NCBI GenBank assembly: GCA_964016885.1
Contig: OZ024753.1
Span: 4,712,001 to 4,776,000, forward strand
From: Eledone cirrhosa
Lineage: Eukaryota
DNA: 64,000 nucleotides
Direction of reading: 5' to 3'
Shown: piece after piece, positions 14,598 through 29,238 of the stretch
Layout: each line of letters starts with the position of its first letter
Position numbering within the stretch: position 1 is the stretch's first letter
Position numbers and translations under genes: made by a program
The notes under the pieces: model-generated
What the model saw: only the letters and a program-made list of their open reading frames with translations
Database searches by the model: none
Told to the model about the DNA's origin: nothing

Positions 14598-14887
14598 TAT
14601 ATTCAGGTAATTTTATACATTACATTAGTATACACATCATTAATCAATGTTAAATGTAAACTGGATATATTGCTGTAAGTTACATTGCTGATATATTTTG
14701 AGAAATACACTCTCGGGCTCATCCACGCATGGCGGCATACTTGAATCCCCTACACACTCACACATCTTGACTAACACAGATAAACACACACGTAGACACA
14801 AACACACAGACACACAAATAAAAACCGAACGCACACACTTACACATATACATGTCGTCAAATACACAAACATTTACATAAACGGACG

Positions 14888-16045
14888 CACACATAAAGAC
14901 AGACACATTACACACATATAAAGACAGACACATTACACACATAAAGACAGACACATTACACACATAAAGACAGACACATTACACACATAAAGACAGACAC
15001 ATTACACACATAAAGACAGACACATTACACACATAAAGACAGACACAATACACACATAAAGACAGACACATTACACACATAAAGACAGACACATTACACA
15101 CATAAAGACAGACACATTACACACATAAAGACAGACACATTACACACATAAAGACAGACACATTACACACATAAAGACAGACACATTACACACATAAAGA
15201 CAGACACATTACACACATAAAGACAGACACATTACACACATAAAGACAGACACAATACACACATAAAGACAGACACATTACACACATAAAGACAGACACA
15301 TTACACACATAAAGACAGACACATTACACACGTAAAGACAGACACATTACACACATAAAGACAGACACATTACACACATAAAGACAGACACATTACACAC
15401 ATAAAGGCAGACACATTACATACATAAAGACAGACACATTACACACATAAAGACAGACACATTACACACATAAAGACAGACACATTACACACAGAAAGAC
15501 AGACACATTACACACATAAAGACAGACACATTACACACATAAAGACAGACACATTACACACATAAAGACAGACACATTACACACATAAAGACAGACACAT
15601 TACACACATAAAGACAGACACATTACACACATAAAGACAGACACATTACACACATAAAGGCAGACACATTACACACATAAAGGCAGACACATTACACACA
15701 TAAAGACAGACACATTACACACATAAAGACAGACACATTACACACATAAAGACAGACACATTACACACATAAAGACAGATACATTACACACATAAAGACA
15801 GACACATTACACACATAAAGACAGACACATTACACACATAAAGACAGACACATTACACACATAAAGACAGACACATTACACACATAAAGACAGACACATT
15901 ACACACATAAAGACAGACACATTACACACATAAAGACAGACACATTACACACATAAAGACAGACACATTACACACATAAAGACAGACACATTACACACAT
16001 AAAGACAGACACATTACACACATAAAGACAGACACATTACACACA
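14888..16045. repeat. 23-bp minisatellite, ~50 copies
   Basis: Unit CACACATAAAGACAGACACATTA, very homogeneous. Confidence 0.95.
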
Positions 16046-17068
16046 TCGTGACATCAGTCCAGTATACAAGCTACTCACACAATTGTTAACACAATTAACA
16101 GTCACATATATATATATATGTATATCACAGACACGCTCACACATGAAACACACACACATGAACGTACCTAGACATGGTCTAACACACATACACAAAGACA
16201 CATTATCATACACTCGGAGAGACACAAATATTCATATACTCACACAGGTATACACAGGTATACACAGGTATACACGCACGCATCGACAGATACTCCTATA
16301 TTTTGACGAACAGCCTTACACGCGCGCGCACACGCACGCACACACGCACGCACATACATACACGGGCGCGAACGCACACACATGTACACATAAGCAGCTA
16401 CAGACACGGTCACATTTACAGACACACATAAACAGCAAATCGCTGGTAAAATTTGAATGATTGACACAACAACACATATTCGTTAAACATCGAATAAAGG
16501 GAGTTGTCACTTTGCATTTTAATCCTTTAGATGTATATAATGCAATAAGACAGACTACAGACATTATGTTGTGAAACGGTGCCCAGTGGCAATGAGATGG
16601 AAAGAAAGAGAAAATAAGATCAGATAAAAGAGTCCTTAGATGAACCAGTATTTTTATAAATCGAAAGTTGGATCATGAAATTGTGCAGAAATAATTCTGG
16701 CAAAATACTATAAAAGAAAAGATAAAAAGAACCCCATCTATTGTGAAAATACAAAGAATCATTACGATGGATAGAAAGTACAAATACAAGTAGAATAAAA
16801 TGTTAAATGAATAAACATTAAACATAGAAAATCTATTTTTTCTTAATGTTTTCCTTTTTTTCAAACGTGGCTAAAGGGTTGACTTTGACATTGTTACGTA
16901 TGTCACCGAGTGAATAAATGACGGTAACTTTAAACTTCAAACAACGTCCTTTACTATTCATCACAGTTTTATTGGTAAAATGATATAAGAGATTCCCTGC
17001 GATTTTCTCTTGAGATGGTAAAAGTCAGGAATATATACACACTTATAGATAGATAGATAGATAAATAA

Positions 17069-17154
<86 letters not shown>

Positions 17155-17155
<1 letters not shown>

Positions 17156-17852
17156 TCTTTATTTGCAACAGGGGCGTACAAAAATGGGACATTACAAGAC
17201 GTGACGGCGGGGGTTTTACATAAAAATAGCTTTAACATTAATAAATAACAATAAACTATATATAATAAAATAACAATTGAGATCCCAATAGAGGGGAACG
17301 TTACTGCAGGGTTGTTTTACACCCCGTGGATAGAACAACCCTCAACACCAGGAACACGTTTTGTAGGTGTTCCTGTATACCTTCTGTTTATCTTCCTCAA
17401 CCTACAGGTTTGTGTACAGAGAAGGCCCATTCACTCGGGCCATTTTTGCCACATTCCCCCACCTTTCAGCGAATTTACTGGGGTGTAGCACCTCTCTCTC
17501 CACTCTCACTTTCCTTCTGAAGTGATACTTAAAGAATGGGATAAGTTGTTGTCCGGAGAGAAAGGTTTTTGCCCTCAGTCCTTTTAACCTCGTCCACCAA
17601 ATTACCTCTTTCGCAATAGCCACTAGACAGAGGAAAACCGCCTCTCCTTCATTCTTAAATGAAGGCGGCGGGGTGAACCTCACGATGGACTCGGCTGACA
17701 ACTGGATGCGTCCCACACGTGACAGTAGCTGTTCGACATAATTCCACAGGTCGGTCACCCCTGCGCACTGAACAATTGCGTGCAGAACGGTTTCGATGTC
17801 CTGCTCGCATCTTGGACAGGTCCTTTTGGTAGGATCTATGCCAGGGCGTCCT
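17155..17852 (-). mobile_element. 5'-truncated Tx1/L1-clade non-LTR retrotransposon inside (GATA)n
   Basis: Open frame 17851-17402 with zf-RVT-type knuckle CPRCEQDIETVLHAIVQC and IW-x-x-R motif; 3' UTR ends AATAAAGA followed by (TATC)n; (GATA)n on both sides. Confidence 0.8.
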
Positions 17853-17928
<76 letters not shown>

Positions 17929-19395
17929 ATTATCCAAGTCTCTGTCAAGAGTTTCGAGTTTGGACTGAGATAATTGTATCAGCAGCAATTTATGAGGTAC
18001 CTATTTTTGACGTTACTCATGGGATCACACATACTGATATGAATCTAAATCCTTAGAGAAATATGACTTCTTGTTTTGATCATGAACCAACTTTAGCATA
18101 ACTATTCATATTTAAGTGTCAGTTATGGATCCGTTTATACCTTAATAATCCCATTTTTTTATATTTCAAATCGACTTTGCAGTTTTTGAACATCGGGATT
18201 AAAATTTTGACTGACATTAAGAATATAAAAACACTCTGCTTAAGATTTTGAGATAGAATCTTTAATATGTAGTTATTGATTGTATGTTTTTCCACACATA
18301 TCAACATACTGCAATACTTCATTTTTCAAACGTAATCCCTTCAAAACAAATAATCATTTCGAAACCACTTATTCCATCACCAGCCTTAGTCTCTGTGAAA
18401 CATGCTGCTTAAATATGAATCGTGTCATAACGATGTTTATTCGAGTTATATGTAATTAATGTATAGCGGAGTCTTATTTCTTTTCCTCTCTGATAGACAG
18501 TATACTATATCATTCTTGAATTATGTTTAATACTTCAATTTATTCACATATTCAAATAAATGTCCAATACTATTCACAGGATATCCTAATTTTATACAGA
18601 ATATAAACAAACTCCCTTGCACAATAAAGGTTTAAAAGACTTTCATCTCATAATAAACTATATAAATATGAACTTTTATCAAAATTATACTTTTTCGTTA
18701 CGTTCTTATCTCTTCTTGAAAGCTGGTCAAAAATCGTCTGCAAATAAACTATTTCATACCATCCATCTAATAATATATCAGTCTATATGTCATCGACAGA
18801 CAGGCTTTTGTTATCTTCACCTCTATGTACCTAAAATAAACCAAAATCAGATTAGAACTACATCCAATCTTCTGAGATCTTTGCAATAAATAGTATCATT
18901 CATTGAGGATCGTAAATTGTTATTTTCTAAATTTGAACTATTAAAGACATATAATCATGCAGCTTTTGATTTCTGTGTTCGTAGCGTCAAATTTGTAACT
19001 CGTGCCTATTTCAATCATCGCATCATATATTAGAAAGAAATGTTCTCTTTTTTTTTCTTTTCTCTGTAGTCGTAGGTATAATTGAGGCAATTTTGCGTAG
19101 AATGTAAAGTTTAATTAAGAATACTGCTACAAATAAATGGTGAGATTGATGTTCTATATTTAGCAAGTGCAAGTTTTATATTGCAGATAACGATATTTAT
19201 GTGTATAGTTTAAAATAGTGAGAGTGCTGCTAAGACCATACATTGTACAAGTAATAAATTTCTCAAATTGTTACAGATAAAAATAAAATAGAATTAAACC
19301 TCCCTTAGATTTATCAACTTATGTGCAGACTACATTGTTCACTTATATAATGACTATCATCCCATTTCTTTTACTGTGGAAGTAGAGGTGTTCCC

Positions 19396-19435
<40 letters not shown>

Positions 19436-19436
19436 T

Positions 19437-19592
<156 letters not shown>

Positions 19593-19749
19593 TATTTGTG
19601 TGATATTAAACTTTAGTTGTTAGCTTTTCTAAATATCTTCTTTTATCAACTTTATTCTTATAATTATATAAAGTTACACTGCTATGATATTAGAAGCATG
19701 TCGCTTAATATGCATATAAATATCCTTGTCTGAGTGCGTCTGTGTGAGG

Positions 19750-19885
19750 GGAGTATAGCTGTGTGGCTAACACGTTCACCTCGTTGCCATGTGAATTGAG
19801 GTTAAGTATCATTGCGTAAGGGGTCAAGTCGAATTTTCTATAGCCTTCGATTGACCAATGCGTTGTGAGTGAAATTTTATAGAGG
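19750..19885 (+). mobile_element. Degenerate tRNA-derived SINE (family B); related remnant at 59482-59575
   Basis: AGCTGTGTGG head and TCTATAGCCTTCG...GACCAA...TTGTGAGTG body. Confidence 0.45.
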
Positions 19886-19978
19886 GTATGTGAGCGTTAT
19901 CAAATCATATATATTATATATATATTATATATTATGGAATACTGTTGGCTTCTTGCTACAATAATTTCTATACTTTTC

Positions 19979-20055
<77 letters not shown>

Positions 20056-20066
20056 TAACAGATTAA

Positions 20067-20117
20067 AGTTCAAGCAAGGAACTACTGCTTTCGCTCTTAA
20101 CGGGATCTTCTGAATCT
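20067..20117 (-). ncRNA. Degenerate hammerhead (core CAGAAGA) beside (TA)n
   Basis: AGAUU CAGAAGA...GAAA GCAG-UAGUUCC-UUGC UU GAACU; same layout as 14038, with a core U-to-A change. Confidence 0.4.
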
Positions 20118-22043
20118 ATTATTATTATTAACATATATAATATATATATATATAGAAAGATATAGATATATATAGATAGATAGATAGATATATTTATATA
20201 TATATATATATACATATTTATATATATATATATGAAGAAGTATAATTGTTCTTGATTGGATTATATAAGAGCTTAGAAGATATATATTAAATATTCTACT
20301 TTCTTTGACTCGTTAATTGAATCCTTTGATGAACTTAAAATCATCGTCCTATTTCATCATAAGCAGAAGATACTATATTTAATGAATAGTGGTATATGTG
20401 ATTGATTTCTTTCTAAGTATGGTATACATTTTATCGGTTACGAAAGTATGAAATTCGTGAAACGCAATAAACTTTACACAAGGAAAGTAAAGTGATTTAA
20501 ATAATTAATTGAGATTATTGAAACCGGACCACTATCAATAGTAATATCTTATAAGGAATTAAAAAGTGGACATATATATCCTAATTAAGAGATTCTTTCT
20601 AGATTAAAGATTAGCAAGGTTATGCTCGTAAAATACTCATTCGTGTTACAATGGATACACATATTAAAGCAATGTGTAATTTCCAACAAAATCTATATTT
20701 ATCATTGGGCTGTGTCAATGTTAGTTATGTAATCATCTTATGATATTATGCAATGCTATCGAAAGGAACCTAATTTCTTTCTTTAACATTAAGCTGATAT
20801 CCGGTCAACTCAATACGAATTAAAACTGACATTATTTGCACTTTGAGAGCCAGCTACTTTTATTCATTTTTCCTATATGATCAAACAGAATATAATAAAC
20901 GAACAATTAAGGGATAAGGGGATTGTAAGTAAGGCTCGAAGCAAAGATGTTAAACGTTACAATTAATACAATATATTTGCTATCACAAAACAACATTTAC
21001 AAAAATATTCAAACAAAATATAATGTAAAATATGAACAACACAATTCAATAAGACCTTGAATCAGATGTTAAATATAAAAGTGAAACAAAATCTAACAAA
21101 ATCTAACAAAATCTAACTTCATTCATACCACTCTTTATCACTGAATTTCATATTTGAACGCCATGTAATCTAAATATATCGTTTATTATTATTGTTGTTG
21201 CTGTAGGTGACTTTAGCAATCAATGTGCTTAGAATAAGATGCAAGCACAAGAGAGATAAAGTAGCATGGAAAACGTGCCAAATGAGATCATGTGCTACAA
21301 GAATCAGTCTTAAATATCAAACAGTAGTATCTTTAGTTCATGCAAAATCGTTAGCTTTATGTTTCTCTTATACACTTCCTGTTACAAAAAAAAACAGGAA
21401 GTTGACAACAAAAACAAATCATCTGCATTCGTAACAAGCACAGTAACAATAACAAAAGAACGACATATATACAAATATGCTAAAAAGAATACAATAAACG
21501 GATGCATAAAACAGGAAAACATTCGCGTTTCTGTTTTGTTCCCTTTAGAAAGCAGTATGCAGGAAATACAAGCAAAGCATGCAAAAATGTATAAAACATA
21601 ACATTCTATTTCTTCAGTACAAACAACCCCCATGGTCAACTTTCCTCTTTCTTTTATACTCGTAACAATAAAATGTAGATAATCATTTCTGCAAGCAGAA
21701 CTTTGAAATCCCTTCAAGAATCTGTTGAGGCAATTTATAGCACACTGTTCTTCTACTGGAATGTATATTTATTTATATTCTATAATTTGTCGGCTCCTTT
21801 CTATAATACTATCAGTAGAGCCTGCCTTTATCGACGTGTATGTAAAAGTACAATATTTGTTTGCTTTTCCTTATTCTTATCTTTAAAACAGTATCTGCCA
21901 ACTTAACCTTACTCCTTTTCTGTTATGTGTGTGGCATGGCTTATTCCACTCGTTCTGAGTTCAACTGCCGTTGAGACTAACCATCTCTCATCGTTTCTTT
22001 GTTGACGAAATAGGCATACACACACACATAAATACGTGCGCAG

Positions 22044-22091
<48 letters not shown>

Positions 22092-22094
<3 letters not shown>

Positions 22095-23700
22095 GAAAAA
22101 TTTAAACAGGGACAGAACATAGAGGCAGTACAATAAATGTTTATTAAATTCACGCTCAGGATAGTGGGGGGTAGGTGGGGGACGACGTTTCGGGCATAAG
22201 CCCTTCCTCAGGTGAGAAGTGTGTGGGAACAGAGTTCAAAAGGTGTGTAGGGGAGTGGTGGAGAGACATATAGCGAAAGGAAACGGTGCGAATGAAAAAT
22301 TAACAAATAAAGACAAAAAAATATAAAAAATAAAAATAAAGCATGATCAAAATACAAGGAATGAGAAAATTTAAAAATAAAGGCATGATCAAAATAAACT
22401 GAAATTAAAAGGGGGTAAACAGGTGGTGGAAGGGTGTGGGGTGAGTAGGGGTGGTGGCGGGTGGAGTGGGGAGAGGGAGACGGGGTGTCCGAGCGGGGAG
22501 GGCTGAAGGTGGTGTGTGTGTGTAGGTGTGCGTGTGTGTGTGTGTGTGTATGTGAAAGTGAGGGTTGGGGGAAGACGGGGTTGCATGTTCAGGAAGAGGT
22601 GTGTGTGGGGGGTGTTTTTGTAGGTCGGAGTGTCTGTGCGTGTGTGGATAGGGGGTGGGGGGAGAGGAATCAGGAGGCTGAGGGTGTAAATATGTGGTGG
22701 GAAGCACGTGTGTGTGGGGTTTAAGCGTGTTGTGGGTGTGGGTGGCGTGTGGAGAAAAAAAATTTTGGGGGGTGTGTGTGTGGGTGAGTTATATAGGTGA
22801 TGATGTAAGAGGATGGTTGAAAAGTTGGTAAGTTCCAAGGATGTTTGGAGATTTGGTTAGAAGTCAATTTCTGCGTGTGGGTAATCCATGAAGCGGTGGT
22901 CGGAAGAGGAGAGATGTGGGGTGCGCGCGCAACAGGAAGTGGTCAGCAGTGGGAGTGCTGTGGTCAGTTGGTGCTGGGAGGTGGTCAGAAGGGCATAGCA
23001 GCAGTCGCTGGAATGGTAGGGAGGCGAGGATGGGTAGGTGTGTGTGTGTGTGTGTGTATTAGTAGGGGTGTTAGTGGGATGAGTGAGTGTGGGGCGGGGG
23101 TGTGGGTGGAGCGGGGAGAGAAGGGTGTGTGTGGTTCTATGGAGGGAGTGTGGTGTACTGGTGTGTGTGTAGTTTGGTGAAGAGGTGTTAGTGGGTGTTA
23201 GTATACGGGAGGTGGGGAGGGGTGGAATGCAGGTGTGAGTGGGGGTTAGTGGTGGTAGGGTGTGTAGAGTCGGTGGTGTACGAGGGTGTGTGGGTACGTG
23301 TGCGTGGGGTTGGGGGGTGTTAGTGATGTTAGTTGCATGTGGGGGTGGGTGGTGTAAGTGGGTGCGTGTGTGCGTGTGATAAGGATGGGGGAGGAGGAGA
23401 AGAGGGGAGGGAAGGGATGTTAGTATGTTAGTTGGGGAAGGGTGGTCAGATGAGGGGTGGAGTGGAGGTGTTAGTATTGTTAGTGTGGGGTGGGCGGTGA
23501 AAAGGAGGGGTGTGTTAGTGGTGTTAGTGCGGGATAAGAGTGGGGGGAGGGGGCGGTCGAACGCTAAAGGAATGAGGGTGGGGAGTTCATGCCGGGGGGA
23601 GTGTGGGTCTGTAAGATGAAGATAGTTCGTTGTTCGACCGTAAGGCGATGGGCGGGTGTTCCGTGGCACTGGAGTAGGCCACTGTGAGATGGCGTGCGGA
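22092..23700 (-). mobile_element. 5'-truncated Neptune-like PLE: GIY-YIG C-terminus, long C/A-rich 3' UTR, pLTR hammerhead
   Basis: ~23680-23564 translates GLLQCHGTPAHRLTVEQRTIFILQTHTPPGMNSPPSFL* (R-x3-E-x3-IF-x-L-x-T-x2-P-x-G-x-N); HHR core and AATAAA near the 3' end; ends in (TA)n. Confidence 0.75.
22181..22213 (-). ncRNA. Minimal hammerhead core
   Basis: CUGAGGA AGGGC-UUAU-GCCC GAAAC GUC GUC; stem I is weak (~2 bp). Confidence 0.7.
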
Positions 23701-25319
23701 TATGTGTGTGTGTGTGTGTATGTATTTGTTTATTTATATATATATATATACGATAGGGTATACTTATGTGTATTCATTTTCATGAATTTTCAACACATAC
23801 TTTTATTATGAATAGTTAGTAAATAGTGCGCAAATGAGATATATGTTACTTTTTCTTTAGATGATTTAGATATCGTTCCATTTTGAGAGGTTATTTTATT
23901 TCAAATTAGAATTTTCAATGTATATTATTCTGATCTATGCTGATGTATAATATGCTTACAGTTTCTCTGTAATGAATGTAAATATGACATTATCCACAAA
24001 GTTCCTTTAAGAGACTGAGCTTATTACTAATAAAATAATTATAGGAGGGTGAATTACAATTCTTTCTTATGAAAGATTGATACTCTATCTTAGATAAAGT
24101 GCCTAGATGAAATGGTACTTTTATCTGCATCAAATGATATATGCTAAACTGAATGCCATGTATAAACGCTTACAGTAATAGTTATATCAATCAATTGAAC
24201 CTCGTACCCTCCTACGATATGCACTCATATATTCACTGCTCCTTATTTGTTGATTCTTCCTAATAAGTATATATTATCTGAGAAATTTGGCGTGTAGGGA
24301 AGATTATTTGCCATCTTTTAGATGGGCTGCAAATTTTAAATATCACGTGCTTTACGCCGGATAATAGTTATATATATATATATATTTACAGCTATAGGCG
24401 GTGCGCCGTTCTAAATACTCAATGATGTTACGAGGTCCCTCTCGTGTTGGGTTGTATTCCAGAGTTAAGGTGGCTGTAGTGCGCAGAGTATATATGGAAT
24501 AAGTAAAATCGAAGTCAGTTTTGCAGCATATGCCGAGATGTCGAAGAAGAGTCGGATTCCGTCACTTTTATTTGTCCCCAAAACAACATAATCCAATAGC
24601 TGGAATGCGGCACCCGGTGTTATTAAGTCCACACATTTCAAAATAATCTAAAAGGATAAATGTTTTATCGAGTGAAGGACGATGAGAGGGCTAGTTATTA
24701 GCTAGATTGAATATAGTCCACCATTCCTACGTCAGCAAATGCACAGACATATTCAATTTATGTGAGACAGAAATCACAACACATGATTAAGAATGTAGAA
24801 GAATTTGGCTAATGAAAGGAAGAGGTCAAATGATACACCATCACTTTATTTATTAGCTTGATCCCTATTATTTATAACGTGATAATTAAGAAAAGATTAA
24901 TAAATCACCAATCATCTATTATTCATGGGTGTCTTCAAATTATCATGTAAGAACGAGAATCAACTTGATTCTTTGGTGAATATCGTTTGAGTATTCGGTG
25001 AGGATATAAGAATGGAATTTGGAATTAACAACTATGGTATCCTTACTATGAAAATAGCCTTGCGAGATATAAGTAGATAGGAACAAGATCGATTTAAGAA
25101 TGATTTCGTAATGCAGCTAAGAAGAATTATTTTACGTATAACAATGAATACTAATGTTACTATAGTTACATTCTTAGACATTATTTAGATACAAATTTGG
25201 CCTGCAAAATAAATAATCATGGTGAAAATGTATTTTATATGAACGCGAGTTCCAGCAGCTCAGCTAGTAATATTATGTAGTAAACTTCTAAATATAATAA
25301 GCGTATATTATTTTAGGTG

Positions 25320-25510
25320 ACATGTAGGGCGTCGGACAACATGCTCTGCAGCATAGAGTTACGTCCCTTTATGATCTGAATTCAAATCCCGCCGAGGTTG
25401 ACTTTGCTTTCCTCCTTACGGAGTCGATAAAATAAAGTCACACACTGCGGTCAATTGAATCGATTTTTCCCTCTCCCTAAATTGTTGGCCTTATGCCTAT
25501 ATAAGAAACC
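25320..25510 (+). mobile_element. tRNA-derived SINE (family A) with 13-bp TSD
   Basis: TSD ATTATTTTAGGTG at 25307-25319 and 25511-25523. Confidence 0.85.
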
Positions 25511-27799
25511 ATTATTTTAGGTGCCATGGTTATCAGTGCCTCTCTTTGTAGAATATAGCTCCCTGTAACAGACGATTCTCAGAGACCTAATCTTCCAAAG
25601 TGTAAAAATAAAAAACCGAAATATATGTGGCATAATCCTATATATATTTTCAAGGGTGAGACGAGACGTGCCTTAACAGTTCTTGAATTTAATCTCTTTT
25701 CAATTTCCAATGAAGCATTGATACCACAAAATCTGCCACAGAAATTCGATTAACATTAGCTATGATTCAAGCAAAACTTTATCAGGATTTACTAGAAATT
25801 ACAACACTAACGATAATTTATTCGCCTTCTTTCCCTGCCAGTAAATGTCATTCGCAATTATTGAACACTTGGTGATAACTGACTGGGAATTTCATTAGTG
25901 CACCATGTCACAATAGACAAAGAACGCTATATGCTGGATTATTCGGATTAAGCAGGAAGCAAATGTTTCCACATCAATCTCTATATGCATATATTCATGT
26001 ATTTTTATGTAGGTATATGTATGTAAGCATATATATATATATGTATGTGTGTGTGTGTGTGTGTGTGTGTGGTGATTATGTGTGTATATATGTATATTTA
26101 CACACGCATATATATATTTATGTATATATATATATGCATATATATATATATGTGTGTGTGTGGTTCACATTTAGAATCCGATGAATAAATGAGGGAATGT
26201 ATTATCAAGTCATATATAAGAGTGCATTTATTCGTTCAGAGTAGATGATTCTCTCCTTCGCTACACGCAGTTTCTGGATGTATGTATCCTCAGCCACATG
26301 CACGTTAATTTCATGAGCAGGCTTTTCTATTGATCGGATCAACTTGAACACTTATCGTCGTAATTGATGTAGTGCCTCAGTTAGTCATGTAAATTGTAAA
26401 TTTATATATTTTTTATGCGTTGCTCGAACTTGGTCTGGGAGATTTGTTTTGCGAGATATGTTGGTTGTCAAATATACAATGTTATCCAGCACAACATTAA
26501 ATGCTTTACAGAGTTTAATTATTTCTCATCTATTCATAGGTCAAATCTTTCTATATTACACTTCGATATTAATCATTACGAGTTCGATAAGTTTAGTATC
26601 CTGCATGAACTTGGGTCGATTTTAATCACCTATAGACTTCCCTATAAGTCTGAATATAAATTGAATATTTTATTTAACTCACACAGTGATAAATGGTATC
26701 TCAAGTCATCTTATTAATAATCAAGTATCAACATTTGATTAATGCAATTGATTTAGGAGATGGAGAATCGTGACTTTTATGACTTTTCCAACGGCATAAG
26801 CGACATAAGTGAAATGAATTAAACACCACCAGAACTCGAAACCGCTGACTTTTTGACATTCGTCACATTTCTCGGATAAAGCTATTCGTTACGATTGGCT
26901 TAGATAGAATACAGACGAAGAAAAAACCGAAATAATTTAATTAATGTAATAATATAAGACAGTATTTCAAAGTTTGTTGAATGTTTGGACTATAATTCCA
27001 GGTTAATTTTGTTACTAAGTATGATAGCTTGTAATTCTCAACAGTGTCTTCCAACTATCGACTTTGTAAATTTCATCAGTCGTCTTCGTCATACATTAAA
27101 AACTGAGATATTGGTTAATTATTCGTTCAGATAATGTAAAATATTTCCTAACTGGAGACATAGAACAATAACCGTAGTTTTTGTGAATTGTTTACATTAC
27201 AAATAAGTACTGATAATGTTTTTGTTTTGCTGTTTGTAGTATGTGCGTTTTAAATATATTTATATATTGGTTATAGCAGTTATTGCTAAAGGCGATTTGT
27301 ATTTGATACTGCAGAATAGCATTCAGAAAAAAATACATTATATAATTATTTTCATTTCTTTTATTTTATTTTGCATGAAATAATCACAGAAAAAGATAAC
27401 ATGTCTTAAGTAACTCCAACGTTTGTTTAAAATGATATTATTAAACCAAAGAAAACTAAATTTTATTTTGATTGATTTTTCTAACGTCATCATTATATAC
27501 GTAACGATAGCTAACTTAAAAGCTGTTCAGCATTTTAGGTAAATGTGTTTATAACATTTTTTCTTTTTTTTTTTTGCGTATATTCAAATAAACAAATACC
27601 TATTTAAAAGTTTAGAGGACCTCTGAGAGTTTTCAACACTGGATAGTAACAGACATGATAGTGCGTAAAACAGAATGGCGTGTGGTATTTGTCCCGGATC
27701 TCAACACTCTTAGTTCAAATGCAATCAAGGTAAACCTTTTTTTCTTGCGTGATTTCGAAGTGTGATGAAAGAGAGTGATTGTCGAGTGTGGTGGGTTTC

Positions 27800-28060
27800 T
27801 GCACCTAGATAGTTACCCTCCGAGGCACAAGTCAAAGCAGGGTTGTTTGTGGAAGACCAACAGTCGCCCATGCATACCAGACTCCTCTCCCCCACGCCAC
27901 CGATGTTGTCCAAGGGAAAGGCAATGGCCGATACAGCTTGGCACAGTGACATCACATCTCATTTCTATAGCTAAATGAATTGGGGCAACGGGAAATAGTG
28001 TCTTGCTCAACAACACAACGCGAAGCCCGGTCCGTGAATCGAAATCTCTACTTCACGATA
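27800..28060 (-). mobile_element. tRNA-derived SINE with CORE/V-like segment (family C)
   Basis: Minus strand: B-box-like GATTTCGATTC, then TTGAGCAAGACACT...TTGCCCCAATTCATTTAGCT. Confidence 0.6.
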
Positions 28061-29172
28061 TGTTTTGTACGAATCATTTTGGAAAATAATCTAAACTTAA
28101 GGTGTTTTGTGTAGTTTCCCCTTATCACAAACCTTGCAATTTCTCAGACTCTGCAATCTACCATTAGATAGATACAAAGTAGAATTGAAATTTTTTATAT
28201 CAATTTTTCAGATATTTGTTTTTAGTGAGCAAGATAATCTTTGATAGCTTTTAATGACACCACTTAGAATTTGTCATTTCCTACCTAAATGTTATTTACA
28301 ATTTTAATACACCATTGAAATTTAGGGAAACGCTTGATTTTCAATGGTGTTTCAATTGCCTGCTACCCAAAATATATCATTTGGAAAATACATGATTTAA
28401 CTACGAACATAACTCATATGAAGGCATTTATGTCCTCTTCTGTTTCTGGTTGATTAAATTCTACGCCCTCTCAGGTCCATAACATCACTTTATAGAAGGA
28501 TCTTACTAAATAGTCTTCCTGCTTTTCTCCATCATCCTATACCATCGTCTCAGCTTCTATGTTCTATCAATTTTATTCACCTATTTATGTCTACAATATT
28601 TGTCGACGGTTAAATGTTTTAAACATTGACACTATTTATTAGCAGTGTACCTACTAGATTTATGACATATATGCATACCTATTATTTGTAATAAAACTCT
28701 TAGGTGTATAGAAAAGTGATACTAGGAAATTTGTTGTAAAGGCAGTATAAATCTGAGGTTTATTTTTGTATGAAATATTTCTTTCGTGTGCTTGCATAGA
28801 GATAAATATATGGATATTTCCATTTATTGTCAAGCACCCTACACAGACTGTGACCTTTTATCCACGTTTACACCAATACTCGGACGTCTACTTTCTAAAA
28901 GTATTGATATCCCTTCTAAAAACGTTTATTTAAAAAACAAAGAACCTGATAAATAGAATATGCGAGAAATAATATGATTCGTGTATTGATACTGAAAATA
29001 TCGATTTAGAAAAAGTTGTTCCGGCGTAATAAATTATTAGAAGCTATTTTGAAAGAATTATATGAGACGATAGGATACATACAATTTCGGTTACAATATG
29101 TCCACCGTTCTAACGTTTTACAAAAGAACCCTTAATATCTAGTGATATATATATACATGCTATGTTAAGGCT

Positions 29173-29238
29173 TTTAAAATGTCATTTCAAATATAGACAT
29201 ATGTTTTTTTCTGTCTATATTTGAAATGACATTTTAAA
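29173..29238. repeat. Palindrome with 27-bp arms
   Basis: TTTAAAATGTCATTTCAAATATAGACA ... TGTCTATATTTGAAATGACATTTTAAA. Confidence 0.9.

Noticed and set aside
14888-16045. CRISPR-like array
   Set aside because: No unique spacers and eukaryotic context; it is a minisatellite
19070-19139. Exon-like segment with good acceptor and GTGAG donor (VGIIEAILRR)
   Set aside because: In-frame stop and no homology evidence; at most a pseudo-exon
22857-23669. 270-aa Pro/Thr/His-rich ORF
   Set aside because: Low-complexity PLE 3' UTR; the real coding remnant is in another frame
27040-27090. Minus-strand CTGATGA hammerhead candidate
   Set aside because: GATA instead of GAAA and no consistent stems I and III
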